Virus record (IMG/VR): IMGVR_UViG_3300025889_000096 | Reading direction: 5' to 3' (one strand) | From: an uncultured virus (IMG/VR IMGVR_UViG_3300025889_000096) | Lineage: Duplodnaviria; Heunggongvirae; Uroviricota; Caudoviricetes | DNA length: 64,000 nt | In this document: piece after piece, positions 51,713-58,429 of the stretch | How the letters are laid out: the number at the start of each line of letters is the position of its first letter | Position numbering within the stretch: the first letter of the stretch is position 1 | Position numbers and translations under genes: made by a program | Notes under the pieces: generated by a model | The model's database searches: none | What the model was told of the DNA's origin: nothing | What the model saw: the letters and a program-made list of their open reading frames with translations, nothing else

Positions 51713-51994
51713 TTAGGCGAGAGTGGAAGTGTTCATCAGGTCTTGATAATCGTTCCACTTGTTGATTGCTTGCTCCAGCGTCTCAACATCAGCGAACAGG
51801 TCAAAGTTCGCAGGTAGATCTAACTGACCAGTGATGCCCAGATAGTTAACGAACCCAAGAATCTGCATCGATTGGTCATACTCATAAGCATCGAAGATCC
51901 GACTGAATTCTTCATTACGAAAATCAGAACATGCGATCAGGTCAAACACATAGTAGAACGGACGACGAATAGCGTAGGGGATGAAGTTCAGCAT
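51713..51994 (-). CDS. Hypothetical protein
   Basis: 93-aa ORF in the early-type region. Confidence 0.75.
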   Translation of the reverse strand: MLNFIPYAIRRPFYYVFDLIACSDFRNEEFSRIFDAYEYDQSMQILGFVNYLGITGQLDLPANFDLFADVETLEQAINKWNDYQDLMNTSTLA

Positions 51995-52036
51995 CAGAGT
52001 GTTAGTTAAGAGTGAATGAGTGAGTGTTACTTAAGG

Positions 52037-52282
52037 TCAGAAGTCAAACACATCGCTATTGATCTGGATGACATTTACAGCAGGGTCATTATACTTAACC
52101 CCGTCACCAGTTGTAGCATCTGAACCAAGGTAATCACAGAAGGATTGATAGTCACCACACTCCATAGCAAGGTGATACAAACCCTCATCATTGTTGATCC
52201 AGAGAGCAACATTCCAGGTCTCATAATTCTCCCAACCGTTATACTCAGTGGAGAGGACATCGTGTTGATAAGTGGTAGTCAT
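52037..52282 (-). CDS. Conserved phage hypothetical protein (YNGWxNYETWNVALW family)
   Basis: Recognisable YNGWENYETWNVALWINND motif. Confidence 0.8.
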   Translation of the reverse strand: MTTTYQHDVLSTEYNGWENYETWNVALWINNDEGLYHLAMECGDYQSFCDYLGSDATTGDGVKYNDPAVNVIQINSDVFDF

Positions 52283-52323
52283 TTGTGAAAAGAAAAGTGT
52301 TGATTAGTGGGAAACGGTTTGTA

Positions 52324-52530
52324 TCAAGCAGCAGCGCAGGAAGCAACACTCTCAGGAGTAATCGTGCTCCAAATGCTATCAGTACCGTGGCAGAAGATGT
52401 TAGCGGTCACCTGATAGATTTCGACCACTGATGTAGCAAACTCTACGACTTCAGCATAAGGTCCAGCGACGATATTGCTGGTGCCATCAGTATAGCGAAT
52501 GGTGAAAATGTTGTTACCTGAAAGAAGCAT
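52324..52530 (-). CDS. Hypothetical protein
   Basis: 68-aa ORF. Confidence 0.65.
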   Translation of the reverse strand: MLLSGNNIFTIRYTDGTSNIVAGPYAEVVEFATSVVEIYQVTANIFCHGTDSIWSTITPESVASCAAA

Positions 52531-52575
52531 TGTGTGTGTGTTTTGAGTGTTAGTTAGTGAGAAACGGTTAGGGTA

Positions 52576-52767
52576 TCAGGCACCCAGGACATACTGTGCT
52601 TTGGTATCAACAGCAAGCGCACGGCAGATATCATCGTGGAAGAAATCTACGGTGACATTTCCCTCAATGTAGTCCCAAAGTGTGGCACGAACATTATCTT
52701 GCTCTGCGAAACTGATGAGAGTGTATGCGAACCAGTAGAGTTCTTTGATGTAGTTTTTGGTGGTCAT
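52576..52767 (-). CDS. Hypothetical protein
   Basis: 63-aa ORF. Confidence 0.65.
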   Translation of the reverse strand: MTTKNYIKELYWFAYTLISFAEQDNVRATLWDYIEGNVTVDFFHDDICRALAVDTKAQYVLGA

Positions 52768-52808
52768 TTAGTGAGAGTTTGGTATGCTTAGTGGAGCGGT
52801 GTGCCCCT

Positions 52809-52844
52809 CATACTACTAGGACACTTTGGAGGTGAGTAACTTTA
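52809..52844 (-). repeat. 36-bp dispersed repeat, copy 1
   Basis: Exact consensus; TAA ends ORF 52842-53018; ATG opens only a 7-codon mini-ORF. Confidence 0.97.
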
Positions 52845-53018
52845 TCTGGTGCGTTCCTGGATCTCATCAAGCACCATAGATAAGACTTCTACACTATCCT
52901 CACCGTTCTCCTCTAACTGTTGCATAACGTCTTGCAGTTGAGGTAGAATAGTGGTGACACTTTCTGGCACCCGAATCATCACTCCTGCGCCTAGATTTCT
53001 ATACTTTAGAGGTCTCAT
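52842..53018 (-). CDS. Small putative DNA-binding protein, ribbon-helix-helix-like (58 aa)
   Basis: Translated by hand, MRPLKYRNLGAGVMIRVPESVTTILPQLQDVM...; beta-strand (MIRVP) followed by helices; fold is inferred. Confidence 0.65.
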   Translation of the reverse strand: MRPLKYRNLGAGVMIRVPESVTTILPQLQDVMQQLEENGEDSVEVLSMVLDEIQERTR

Positions 53019-53071
53019 AGTTTTGATAGCATAACTGGGGGTATTTATGGGGGGTTATGCTATCAAAACTA
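53018..53071 (-). promoter_or_regulatory. 18-bp perfect inverted repeat with a late promoter (ATAAATA) in the loop
   Basis: TAGTTTTGATAGCATAAC (53018-53035) / GTTATGCTATCAAAACTA (53054-53071); tatttat at 53042-53048. Confidence 0.85.
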
Positions 53072-53103
53072 AACTGTCTTATTTGATACAAAATACCCCT
53101 AAA

Positions 53104-53277
53104 TCACCATCGGTCAGGTGCATTTAAGTCCTCAACGTAAGCATCACACTTCTCAGCAGGTTCCAACTTGAATAACTTCTCCCAGTCAATCTGATGTGGG
53201 TCGAAGTCTGGAAATGCTGTAATATCCAGAGTAATTCTATAACGCTGCTTCTGTGCTTGCTGATACGCAACTGCCAT
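53104..53277 (-). CDS. Hypothetical protein (57 aa)
   Basis: Translated by hand, MAVAYQQAQKQRYRITLDI...DFDPHQIDWEKLF; has its own promoter. Confidence 0.75.
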   Translation of the reverse strand: MAVAYQQAQKQRYRITLDITAFPDFDPHQIDWEKLFKLEPAEKCDAYVEDLNAPDRW

Positions 53278-53305
53278 AAGTGTGCTCCGAATGTGTTATG
53301 AGAGT

Positions 53306-53334
53306 AGTCTACAATGCTCAGGAAGACGTGTCAA
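53306..53334 (-). promoter_or_regulatory. Sigma70 promoter
   Basis: TTGACA-17nt-TAGACT. Confidence 0.8.
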
Positions 53335-53407
53335 GTACTTGTGAGTATTTAGGGGTCATTTGTGTATTTTTGTGGGTCTATGTGTGGGATTTCTGATGTG
53401 GGGGTGC

Positions 53408-53436
53408 TTGACATTTCGGGGCGAGTGTGATAGAAT
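53408..53436 (+). promoter_or_regulatory. Strong sigma70 promoter firing into the tandem repeats
   Basis: TTGACA-17nt-TAGAAT with extended -10 TGn. Confidence 0.85.
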
Positions 53437-53449
53437 GCGGGCTAAGATC

Positions 53450-53641
53450 ACAAGGTCTCAGAGGATTTAAAAGACATAAGTTACAAGGTCTCAGAGGATT
53501 TAAAAGACATAAGTTACAAGGTCTCAGAGGATTTAAAAGACATAAGTTACAAGGTCTCAGAGGATTTAAAAGGGACTTAATCACAAGACCTAGACACATT
53601 AAAAGGGACTTAATCACAAGGTCTGAGCACATTTATAAGGG
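53450..53641 (+). repeat. 33-bp tandem repeat array (3 identical plus about 3 diverged units)
   Basis: ACAAGGTCTCAGAGGATTTAAAAGACATAAGTT at 53450, 53483, 53516; variants at 53549, 53583, 53616. Confidence 0.95.
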
Positions 53642-53791
53642 TAAATAAGGTCTTTAATTGATACGAATTCATATCATTATCACCTCTTAATAACAATAAT
53701 TATCACACAAATAAAACGCTTAAGTATATTTAAAAATACATTTTTTAATTGATTTAATACATTTTTAACGTTATTTTGGTAATTTAGACAT

Positions 53792-53818
53792 AAAAAAAGA
53801 CCTCTGATGTGAGGTCTC
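53792..53818 (-). terminator. Intrinsic terminator
   Basis: AGACCTC/GAGGTCT stem plus T-run on the minus strand, after ORF 53828-54064. Confidence 0.8.
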
Positions 53819-53827
53819 TATCTTATA

Positions 53828-54064
53828 CTAATCAAGTGCTAATCTGTACCTTGCATAATCTTCTGCTTCCTTACGTTTGCGGAATCGTGCTAACTCTCCT
53901 TCAAACTTTAGGGGGAGATACCTATACTTCTTTCCTTCCTTAGTAATAACAGTTCTGGAGAATAGGTGAAGAGAGTAACTACCTTCTTCTGTATATTCAT
54001 CCTCTTTCTTAACTATGAAAGGAAGAACTTGTTGATTGTTGAATGATGCTTTGGAGAGTAACAT
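53828..54064 (-). CDS. Hypothetical protein
   Basis: 78-aa ORF followed by a terminator. Confidence 0.75.
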   Translation of the reverse strand: MLLSKASFNNQQVLPFIVKKEDEYTEEGSYSLHLFSRTVITKEGKKYRYLPLKFEGELARFRKRKEAEDYARYRLALD

Positions 54065-54073
54065 GATGAGAGA

Positions 54074-54208
54074 TTAGTTAGGAACTTCTTGGATTGTTTC
54101 AGTGATAGTGATAACTTCTTGTGTATCAGTTAGATAGTCTGTTTGAATAACATTTGGTGCAATGATAACTTGACCAACGACAAGTGAAGAGAGAAGAGTT
54201 TCAATCAT
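54074..54208 (-). CDS. Hypothetical protein (44 aa)
   Basis: Translated by hand, MIETLLSSLVVGQVIIAPNV... Confidence 0.55.
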   Translation of the reverse strand: MIETLLSSLVVGQVIIAPNVIQTDYLTDTQEVITITETIQEVPN

Positions 54209-54278
54209 TTGGTATAATCAAGAATGAGTTGTTCGAGTGTATGGAGAGTCTTTACATTCCAGTTGTTAGTATCACCAT

Positions 54279-54584
54279 TCAGAACTTTTCGATCCATTGT
54301 GCAATCTTTTGCAGTGCAGTTTGTTCATCACTACACTTACACTTACGGAACTTAGTAGTGTTTAATCCTTTGGAGATTAACTCTAGTTTGCCATCAGCAA
54401 GACAGAAGATTCCATAGCGTGAGTTATGAAAAATGCCGTTAATCCAGGAGTCTTGATTATCAGCACTTACCTTGAAAAAGGTGGAATTGTGATTACCTAA
54501 CGTGCTATTGTCGATGTGAAGGTAAGGAAACATAATCTCAGAGTAAGTAACAATAATCAGGCAGCGATTGCAGACTCTAGACAT
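54279..54584 (-). CDS. Hypothetical protein (true start probably the internal Met, MFPYL...)
   Basis: WINGIFHNSRY motif; co-oriented. Confidence 0.7.
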   Translation of the reverse strand: MSRVCNRCLIIVTYSEIMFPYLHIDNSTLGNHNSTFFKVSADNQDSWINGIFHNSRYGIFCLADGKLELISKGLNTTKFRKCKCSDEQTALQKIAQWIEKF

Positions 54585-54763
54585 ACCTCACGGGTTTCCA
54601 GAATAGCATAATCGAAACCCTCATTCTCTTCTAGATGTTTTTGATAAGCAACAGCAGAAGAGAAGCAATCAAACAAGCGGAGAGATTTGAAGTTCTCACC
54701 TTCATAATCGAATCCACCGATTACAGCGTAGACAGACATTTGGGACATTTGGGAAGTTCTCAT
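54557..54763 (-). CDS. Hypothetical protein
   Basis: ATG lies in repeat copy 2. Confidence 0.75.
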   Translation of the reverse strand: MRTSQMSQMSVYAVIGGFDYEGENFKSLRLFDCFSSAVAYQKHLEENEGFDYAILETREVCLESAIAA

Positions 54764-54796
54764 ACTACTAGGACACTTTGGAGGTGAGTAACTTTA
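54761..54796 (-). repeat. 36-bp dispersed repeat, copy 2
   Basis: Exact; supplies the upstream TAA and the downstream ATG. Confidence 0.97.
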
Positions 54797-54982
54797 ATTC
54801 AACTCAATGTTCCAGTCTTTGTCATAGTCAAGATTCACCCAAAAGTGATTCCTACCGTTAGCAGAAGTGAGAAACACCTTATCACCTCTATGTTGTTCAA
54901 CAATACATTCATCATTTCGATTCATTAAGTTACAGAAACGATTCTGTGCTTTTTTGCTTTTGGGTGTTACAAATGCAATCAT
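54794..54982 (-). CDS. Hypothetical protein
   Basis: 62-aa ORF ending in the repeat TAA. Confidence 0.75.
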   Translation of the reverse strand: MIAFVTPKSKKAQNRFCNLMNRNDECIVEQHRGDKVFLTSANGRNHFWVNLDYDKDWNIELN

Positions 54983-55065
54983 TCTTTGTTATTGAAGTAT
55001 TGAATCAAAAGGACATTTGCTGCTCCAAAAGTATAAGCAACAAGGACAAGAATACCAGTTAGCAT
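54979..55065 (-). CDS. Small hydrophobic peptide (28 aa)
   Basis: Translated by hand, MLTGILVLVAYTFGAANVLLIQYFNNKE; ATGA overlap. Confidence 0.5.
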   Translation of the reverse strand: MLTGILVLVAYTFGAANVLLIQYFNNKE

Positions 55066-55072
55066 TATTCTA

Positions 55073-55261
55073 TCAGTTGCCGAAGAAAGCATCAAACTCG
55101 TCTGCAATCTGATCGATTAGTTCATCAGTTGCGTCAAGGTCAAAGACATTACAAACGAAATCTACACAGTCATTCAAATCAGTGAAAGGTGCAGTATTGA
55201 GCATAAACTCACACAGTGCAGGTGAGATGTCGGTTTGAAAGTCGAAGGAAGTGTTAATCAT
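55073..55261 (-). CDS. Acidic hypothetical protein
   Basis: ATG in repeat copy 3. Confidence 0.7.
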   Translation of the reverse strand: MINTSFDFQTDISPALCEFMLNTAPFTDLNDCVDFVCNVFDLDATDELIDQIADEFDAFFGN

Positions 55262-55294
55262 ACTACTAGGACACTTTGGAGGTGAGTAACTTTA
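55259..55294 (-). repeat. 36-bp dispersed repeat, copy 3
   Basis: Exact consensus. Confidence 0.97.
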
Positions 55295-55308
55295 ATTCAA
55301 AGTCAGTT

Positions 55309-55644
55309 TCAGTTACTCATCAGTGCAAATGCTTCATTCTGAGTGATGCTATCCTCAGACAGTTGGACATTGCGAGCACAAGCAATCGCATCAGCAAAGT
55401 TATCAAAACTACCGAAGTTTTTTTGACTACCAACCCAGCAACCTTTGTACTCATAAATCATTGCTTCGACAGAGAATACATCGTTTTTGTAGTTACGATC
55501 TAAACCGTGCTTGATATAAACTTTCCCGTCATTTCGGGTGTAAGTATCAAAAGTCGAAGACTTGAAAGTACGGGAGAAGTCAGTTACAAACTCAGCGGTG
55601 AGATCGGTATTCTGAGCGAAGAGATTTGCGTAGTGGACAGTCAT
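55309..55644 (-). CDS. Hypothetical protein
   Basis: 111-aa ORF with a short A/C-rich leader after repeat copy 4. Confidence 0.75.
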   Translation of the reverse strand: MTVHYANLFAQNTDLTAEFVTDFSRTFKSSTFDTYTRNDGKVYIKHGLDRNYKNDVFSVEAMIYEYKGCWVGSQKNFGSFDNFADAIACARNVQLSEDSITQNEAFALMSN

Positions 55645-55666
55645 TTAGTGGTTTTTCGTTTGTGCT

Positions 55667-55702
55667 TATACTACTAGGACACTTTGAAGGTGAGTAACTT
55701 TA
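55667..55702 (-). repeat. 36-bp dispersed repeat, copy 4 (2 mismatches, ATG>ATA)
   Basis: Supplies the TAA of ORF 55700-55915. Confidence 0.95.
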
Positions 55703-55915
55703 ATCGCTCGTGGCAGTTTCTAACAACATCTCTACAGTCTCTTCATCATACAACTCTTCAATCTCAGAGAGTAACTCACTCTCACTGTATTTGTTATATT
55801 CAGCAACAAGAGTATCGTATGCAAACTGGACTAATGTATCCATGTCCATGCCATCAATTACATAGTTGGCATAGTTGTCAATCAGAGTGGCAAGTTGAGG
55901 TGCAGTAAGTGTCAT
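55700..55915 (-). CDS. Acidic hypothetical protein
   Basis: 71-aa ORF, IDGMDMDTLVQF pattern. Confidence 0.75.
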   Translation of the reverse strand: MTLTAPQLATLIDNYANYVIDGMDMDTLVQFAYDTLVAEYNKYSESELLSEIEELYDEETVEMLLETATSD

Positions 55916-55943
55916 TTGTTTGTAGGATTGAAATTAGTTGGAA

Positions 55944-56234
55944 TCAGGCAAATGCGCCCAGAGAGAGAAACTCAGAAGCAATCAGTTTCTTTGCGATACG
56001 CTTACCGTTGATTTGGTAAGTATAACGGAACTGTCCTTTTACAGTCTTGGAGAGTTTGCAAGTGAGGACAATTTCACCATTCTTGTATGAAGGATTGCCC
56101 TCAACGTAAAGAGGGAAGTAGTGATTGCAAACTCCATCGAGGCGACAGTCAACAACACTGTTGCGTTGTTGATAGTTTTCTTCAGCAAGATTCTCAGAGA
56201 GTTTGATGCTGTCGTAGAGGTCGTTGATGTTCAT
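55944..56234 (-). CDS. Hypothetical protein
   Basis: ATG in repeat copy 5. Confidence 0.75.
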   Translation of the reverse strand: MNINDLYDSIKLSENLAEENYQQRNSVVDCRLDGVCNHYFPLYVEGNPSYKNGEIVLTCKLSKTVKGQFRYTYQINGKRIAKKLIASEFLSLGAFA

Positions 56235-56267
56235 ACTACTAGGACACTTTGGAGGTGAGTAACTTTA
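56232..56267 (-). repeat. 36-bp dispersed repeat, copy 5
   Basis: Exact consensus. Confidence 0.97.
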
Positions 56268-56479
56268 ATTGTCAGAGAGTTTGTGTTACTTTGTGGAGTT
56301 TGCTCTCTGCTGTAGGTATCGAGTCTCAGTCTCAAATGCGACTCGCTGAGAACCCAGTCCACCACTAGAGCAAAAACCAAAAAAACTTGGATTTCTGCTT
56401 GTCAGGTAGTCTGGGTCATTCCCTACAATGAAATCATCAAAAAAAGTGAAAGTGTCAATCAGTGCAAAAAGTATGCTAC

Positions 56480-56620
56480 TTAATCAACAAAAATGTCTGG
56501 TCCTTCGACATCACAAAACTCGCTCAGATAATAGTCAATACTAACTCCAACCTCATCTGCTAGTTGACTATATTTTTGATATTGTGTGGCATCGAGGATA
56601 AAGAACTTGGTTTCAATCAT
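56480..56620 (-). CDS. Hypothetical protein (46 aa)
   Basis: Translated by hand, MIETKFFILDATQYQKY...GVSIDYYLSEF. Confidence 0.65.
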   Translation of the reverse strand: MIETKFFILDATQYQKYSQLADEVGVSIDYYLSEFCDVEGPDIFVD

Positions 56621-56765
56621 GGGAGGAAATAATGTCTGCTACAGTGTGAAGTGTGGTGCTGGTAGTGTTGCGAACTCCAGGTGAGAGTATAAAGGCAACA
56701 GCAAAGATTAACAGGATTGTTTTCACTTTAGATGGTGACTTGAAAGTGAGTCTTTTGGTTGCCAC
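56613..56765 (-). CDS. Small hydrophobic hypothetical protein (GTG start, about 50 aa)
   Basis: Translated by hand; fills the gap between neighbours. Confidence 0.5.
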   Translation of the reverse strand: MATKRLTFKSPSKVKTILLIFAVAFILSPGVRNTTSTTLHTVADIISSHD

Positions 56766-56768
56766 TGA

Positions 56769-56984
56769 TTAACCTCCACCGTACACATATTCAACAACAC
56801 CTGCCTCATCAAGTCCTACACTTTCGATGACAGTGAATCTGGCATACTTGTCGAACTCATCAGCATGATATTCGCTGAACTCTTTGATAAACAACTCGCG
56901 GCATTGTTCTTTAGTTTCAGCAGCGATAACTGCCATGCCAGAGGTATAATCAGAGAGGACGTTGTTGATGATAAACAGTTTCAT
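56769..56984 (-). CDS. Hypothetical protein
   Basis: 71 aa, VLSDYTSGMAVIAA...YVYGGG. Confidence 0.75.
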   Translation of the reverse strand: MKLFIINNVLSDYTSGMAVIAAETKEQCRELFIKEFSEYHADEFDKYARFTVIESVGLDEAGVVEYVYGGG

Positions 56985-56993
56985 GGTTTCAGG

Positions 56994-57212
56994 TCAGTTA
57001 ATGATTTTGTACTGCAGAGATTTGATACACCAACCAGTGTTATTTGTGATTACATCTGCGAGACAATCTTCTCCATCAGGTGAATCCCACAGACAGTTTT
57101 TAGTCTCTTGAATGATCTCATCTTGCTCTTCTTGAGTGAGATCTTCATAGTCGAAATCAAACTCAATATCAGTTACTTTGTAGTATTTCATGGTGGTTTC
57201 AGTGTTAGTCAT
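56994..57212 (-). CDS. Hypothetical protein
   Basis: ATG in repeat copy 6; TGWCIKS motif. Confidence 0.75.
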   Translation of the reverse strand: MTNTETTMKYYKVTDIEFDFDYEDLTQEEQDEIIQETKNCLWDSPDGEDCLADVITNNTGWCIKSLQYKIIN

Positions 57213-57245
57213 ACTACTAGGACACTTTGGAGGTGAGTAACTTTA
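57210..57245 (-). repeat. 36-bp dispersed repeat, copy 6
   Basis: Exact; supplies TAA and ATG. Confidence 0.97.
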
Positions 57246-57509
57246 ATTCACACGAAAATAAGTGCCGTTCGCTTTATTCAGTGTGATAAGTTTCTCTTGA
57301 ATGTCATTCAGTCCCTCTTCATCAAGTTCATCAACTGCTTCACATTCAGTCCAATCATCTAACCGAACCGCACCAGATTCACTGATGGGAGTATAGTACA
57401 GTGTGCCTTCATCATCAATCGAGTAAGCACAACCGTGACCTTCACAAGTGTAGATAATCATCTCGGTGGTTTCAGTCATTTTTGCTGTAGGATTGGGGAG
57501 GGAAATCAT
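57243..57509 (-). CDS. Acidic hypothetical protein
   Basis: Ends in the repeat TAA. Confidence 0.75.
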   Translation of the reverse strand: MISLPNPTAKMTETTEMIIYTCEGHGCAYSIDDEGTLYYTPISESGAVRLDDWTECEAVDELDEEGLNDIQEKLITLNKANGTYFRVN

Positions 57510-57727
57510 TGAACAATAGTATTCACATTGGGGTCAAAAGTAACCTCAGTGATGACATCAAAATCTTCAGTCATCTTGACATAATTCCAGAGAGTGTCAG
57601 TCTCATCCTCCACATTTTCTTGATAAAGGTGAATGAAACCGTCACTGTCTTGTTTTACATAGCAACCATCATAATTCTCATCATCAAAGACATAACCAGC
57701 GGCAATCAGTGCGTCAGTGAAAGTCAT
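57506..57727 (-). CDS. Acidic hypothetical protein
   Basis: ATGA-coupled to neighbours. Confidence 0.75.
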   Translation of the reverse strand: MTFTDALIAAGYVFDDENYDGCYVKQDSDGFIHLYQENVEDETDTLWNYVKMTEDFDVITEVTFDPNVNTIVQ

Positions 57728-57864
57728 TTTGCGTTGCAGTAGTTAGGGTTTGCTTGGCAGAACAATTCTGCCTGTTGTTCTTGATACTCATTGGTGCTTG
57801 CATGTGCAATCAAACCAACGCGAAGTCCTAGTGCTAGAGTAGCAATTAGAAAAGCAATTCGCAT
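57724..57864 (-). CDS. Small protein with signal-peptide-like N-terminus (46 aa)
   Basis: Translated by hand, MRIAFLIATLALGLRVGLIAHAS...; overlapping start/stop codons on both sides. Confidence 0.65.
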   Translation of the reverse strand: MRIAFLIATLALGLRVGLIAHASTNEYQEQQAELFCQANPNYCNAK

Positions 57865-58034
57865 CAGACTTCATCCTGCATTTCGGAGAGTTTGTTATAG
57901 AGTGCATCGACATCTGTGCCGACAAGTTCATTCAATTCTTGTGCAGATTCTTCATCAACGAATGAATCTGTGTGAAACTCGATGAACTTGAGAAGTGCAT
58001 CAATCTCCTCAAAAGTGAGAGTGGTTTGTGTCAT
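57864..58034 (-). CDS. Acidic hypothetical protein (56 aa)
   Basis: Translated by hand, MTQTTLTFEEIDALLKFIEF... Confidence 0.7.
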   Translation of the reverse strand: MTQTTLTFEEIDALLKFIEFHTDSFVDEESAQELNELVGTDVDALYNKLSEMQDEV

Positions 58035-58036
58035 AA

Positions 58037-58207
58037 TCAGTCAACAACAGAGTAACAAGCAACCCAGGAAGGAATCCCGCCTAGTTGTAAAGAACCGTTG
58101 CGGGAATCACAATAGTCTTGGGCATCATCTTCGGAGTAGAAAGGTCCAATATACTCAGGAGAATTGAGAGAATTGGAATCGAATCGGACGGTGAAGGTGT
58201 TAATCAT
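58037..58207 (-). CDS. Hypothetical protein (56 aa)
   Basis: Translated by hand, MINTFTVRFDSNSLNSPEYIGPFYSEDDA...; ATG in repeat copy 7. Confidence 0.7.
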   Translation of the reverse strand: MINTFTVRFDSNSLNSPEYIGPFYSEDDAQDYCDSRNGSLQLGGIPSWVACYSVVD

Positions 58208-58240
58208 ACTACTAGGACACTTTGGAGGTGAGTAACTTTA
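58205..58240 (-). repeat. 36-bp dispersed repeat, copy 7
   Basis: Exact; supplies TAA and ATG. Confidence 0.97.
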
Positions 58241-58429
58241 ATCCCAGATAACTTGTGCCTCCTTGATGTTAGAATCAAAGAACTTTTGAAAGATAGAATC
58301 AATCACAGGATACCATTCTTCGTTAGCACTGGGATACCCACATTCTCGTGCTTGATTGAGAAACTTAAGGATGCAAGTTTCCTCATTAGCAGTGAACTCA
58401 ACACGATTGAAAGTGTAACCGTCAGTCAT
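58238..58429 (-). CDS. Hypothetical protein
   Basis: 63 aa, ends in the repeat TAA. Confidence 0.75.
   Translation of the reverse strand: MTDGYTFNRVEFTANEETCILKFLNQARECGYPSANEEWYPVIDSIFQKFFDSNIKEAQVIWD

Noticed and set aside
53450..53641. 33-bp tandem array as a CRISPR or guide-RNA (TIGR-like) array
   Set aside because: The first three units are identical and head-to-tail with no variable spacer segments, and no associated effector gene is recognisable.
53378..53648. ORFs 53378-53632 (-) and 53427-53648 (+) as proteins
   Set aside because: They are by-products of a 33-nt stop-free repeat. The plus ORF starts inside the promoter spacer, upstream of the expected TSS.
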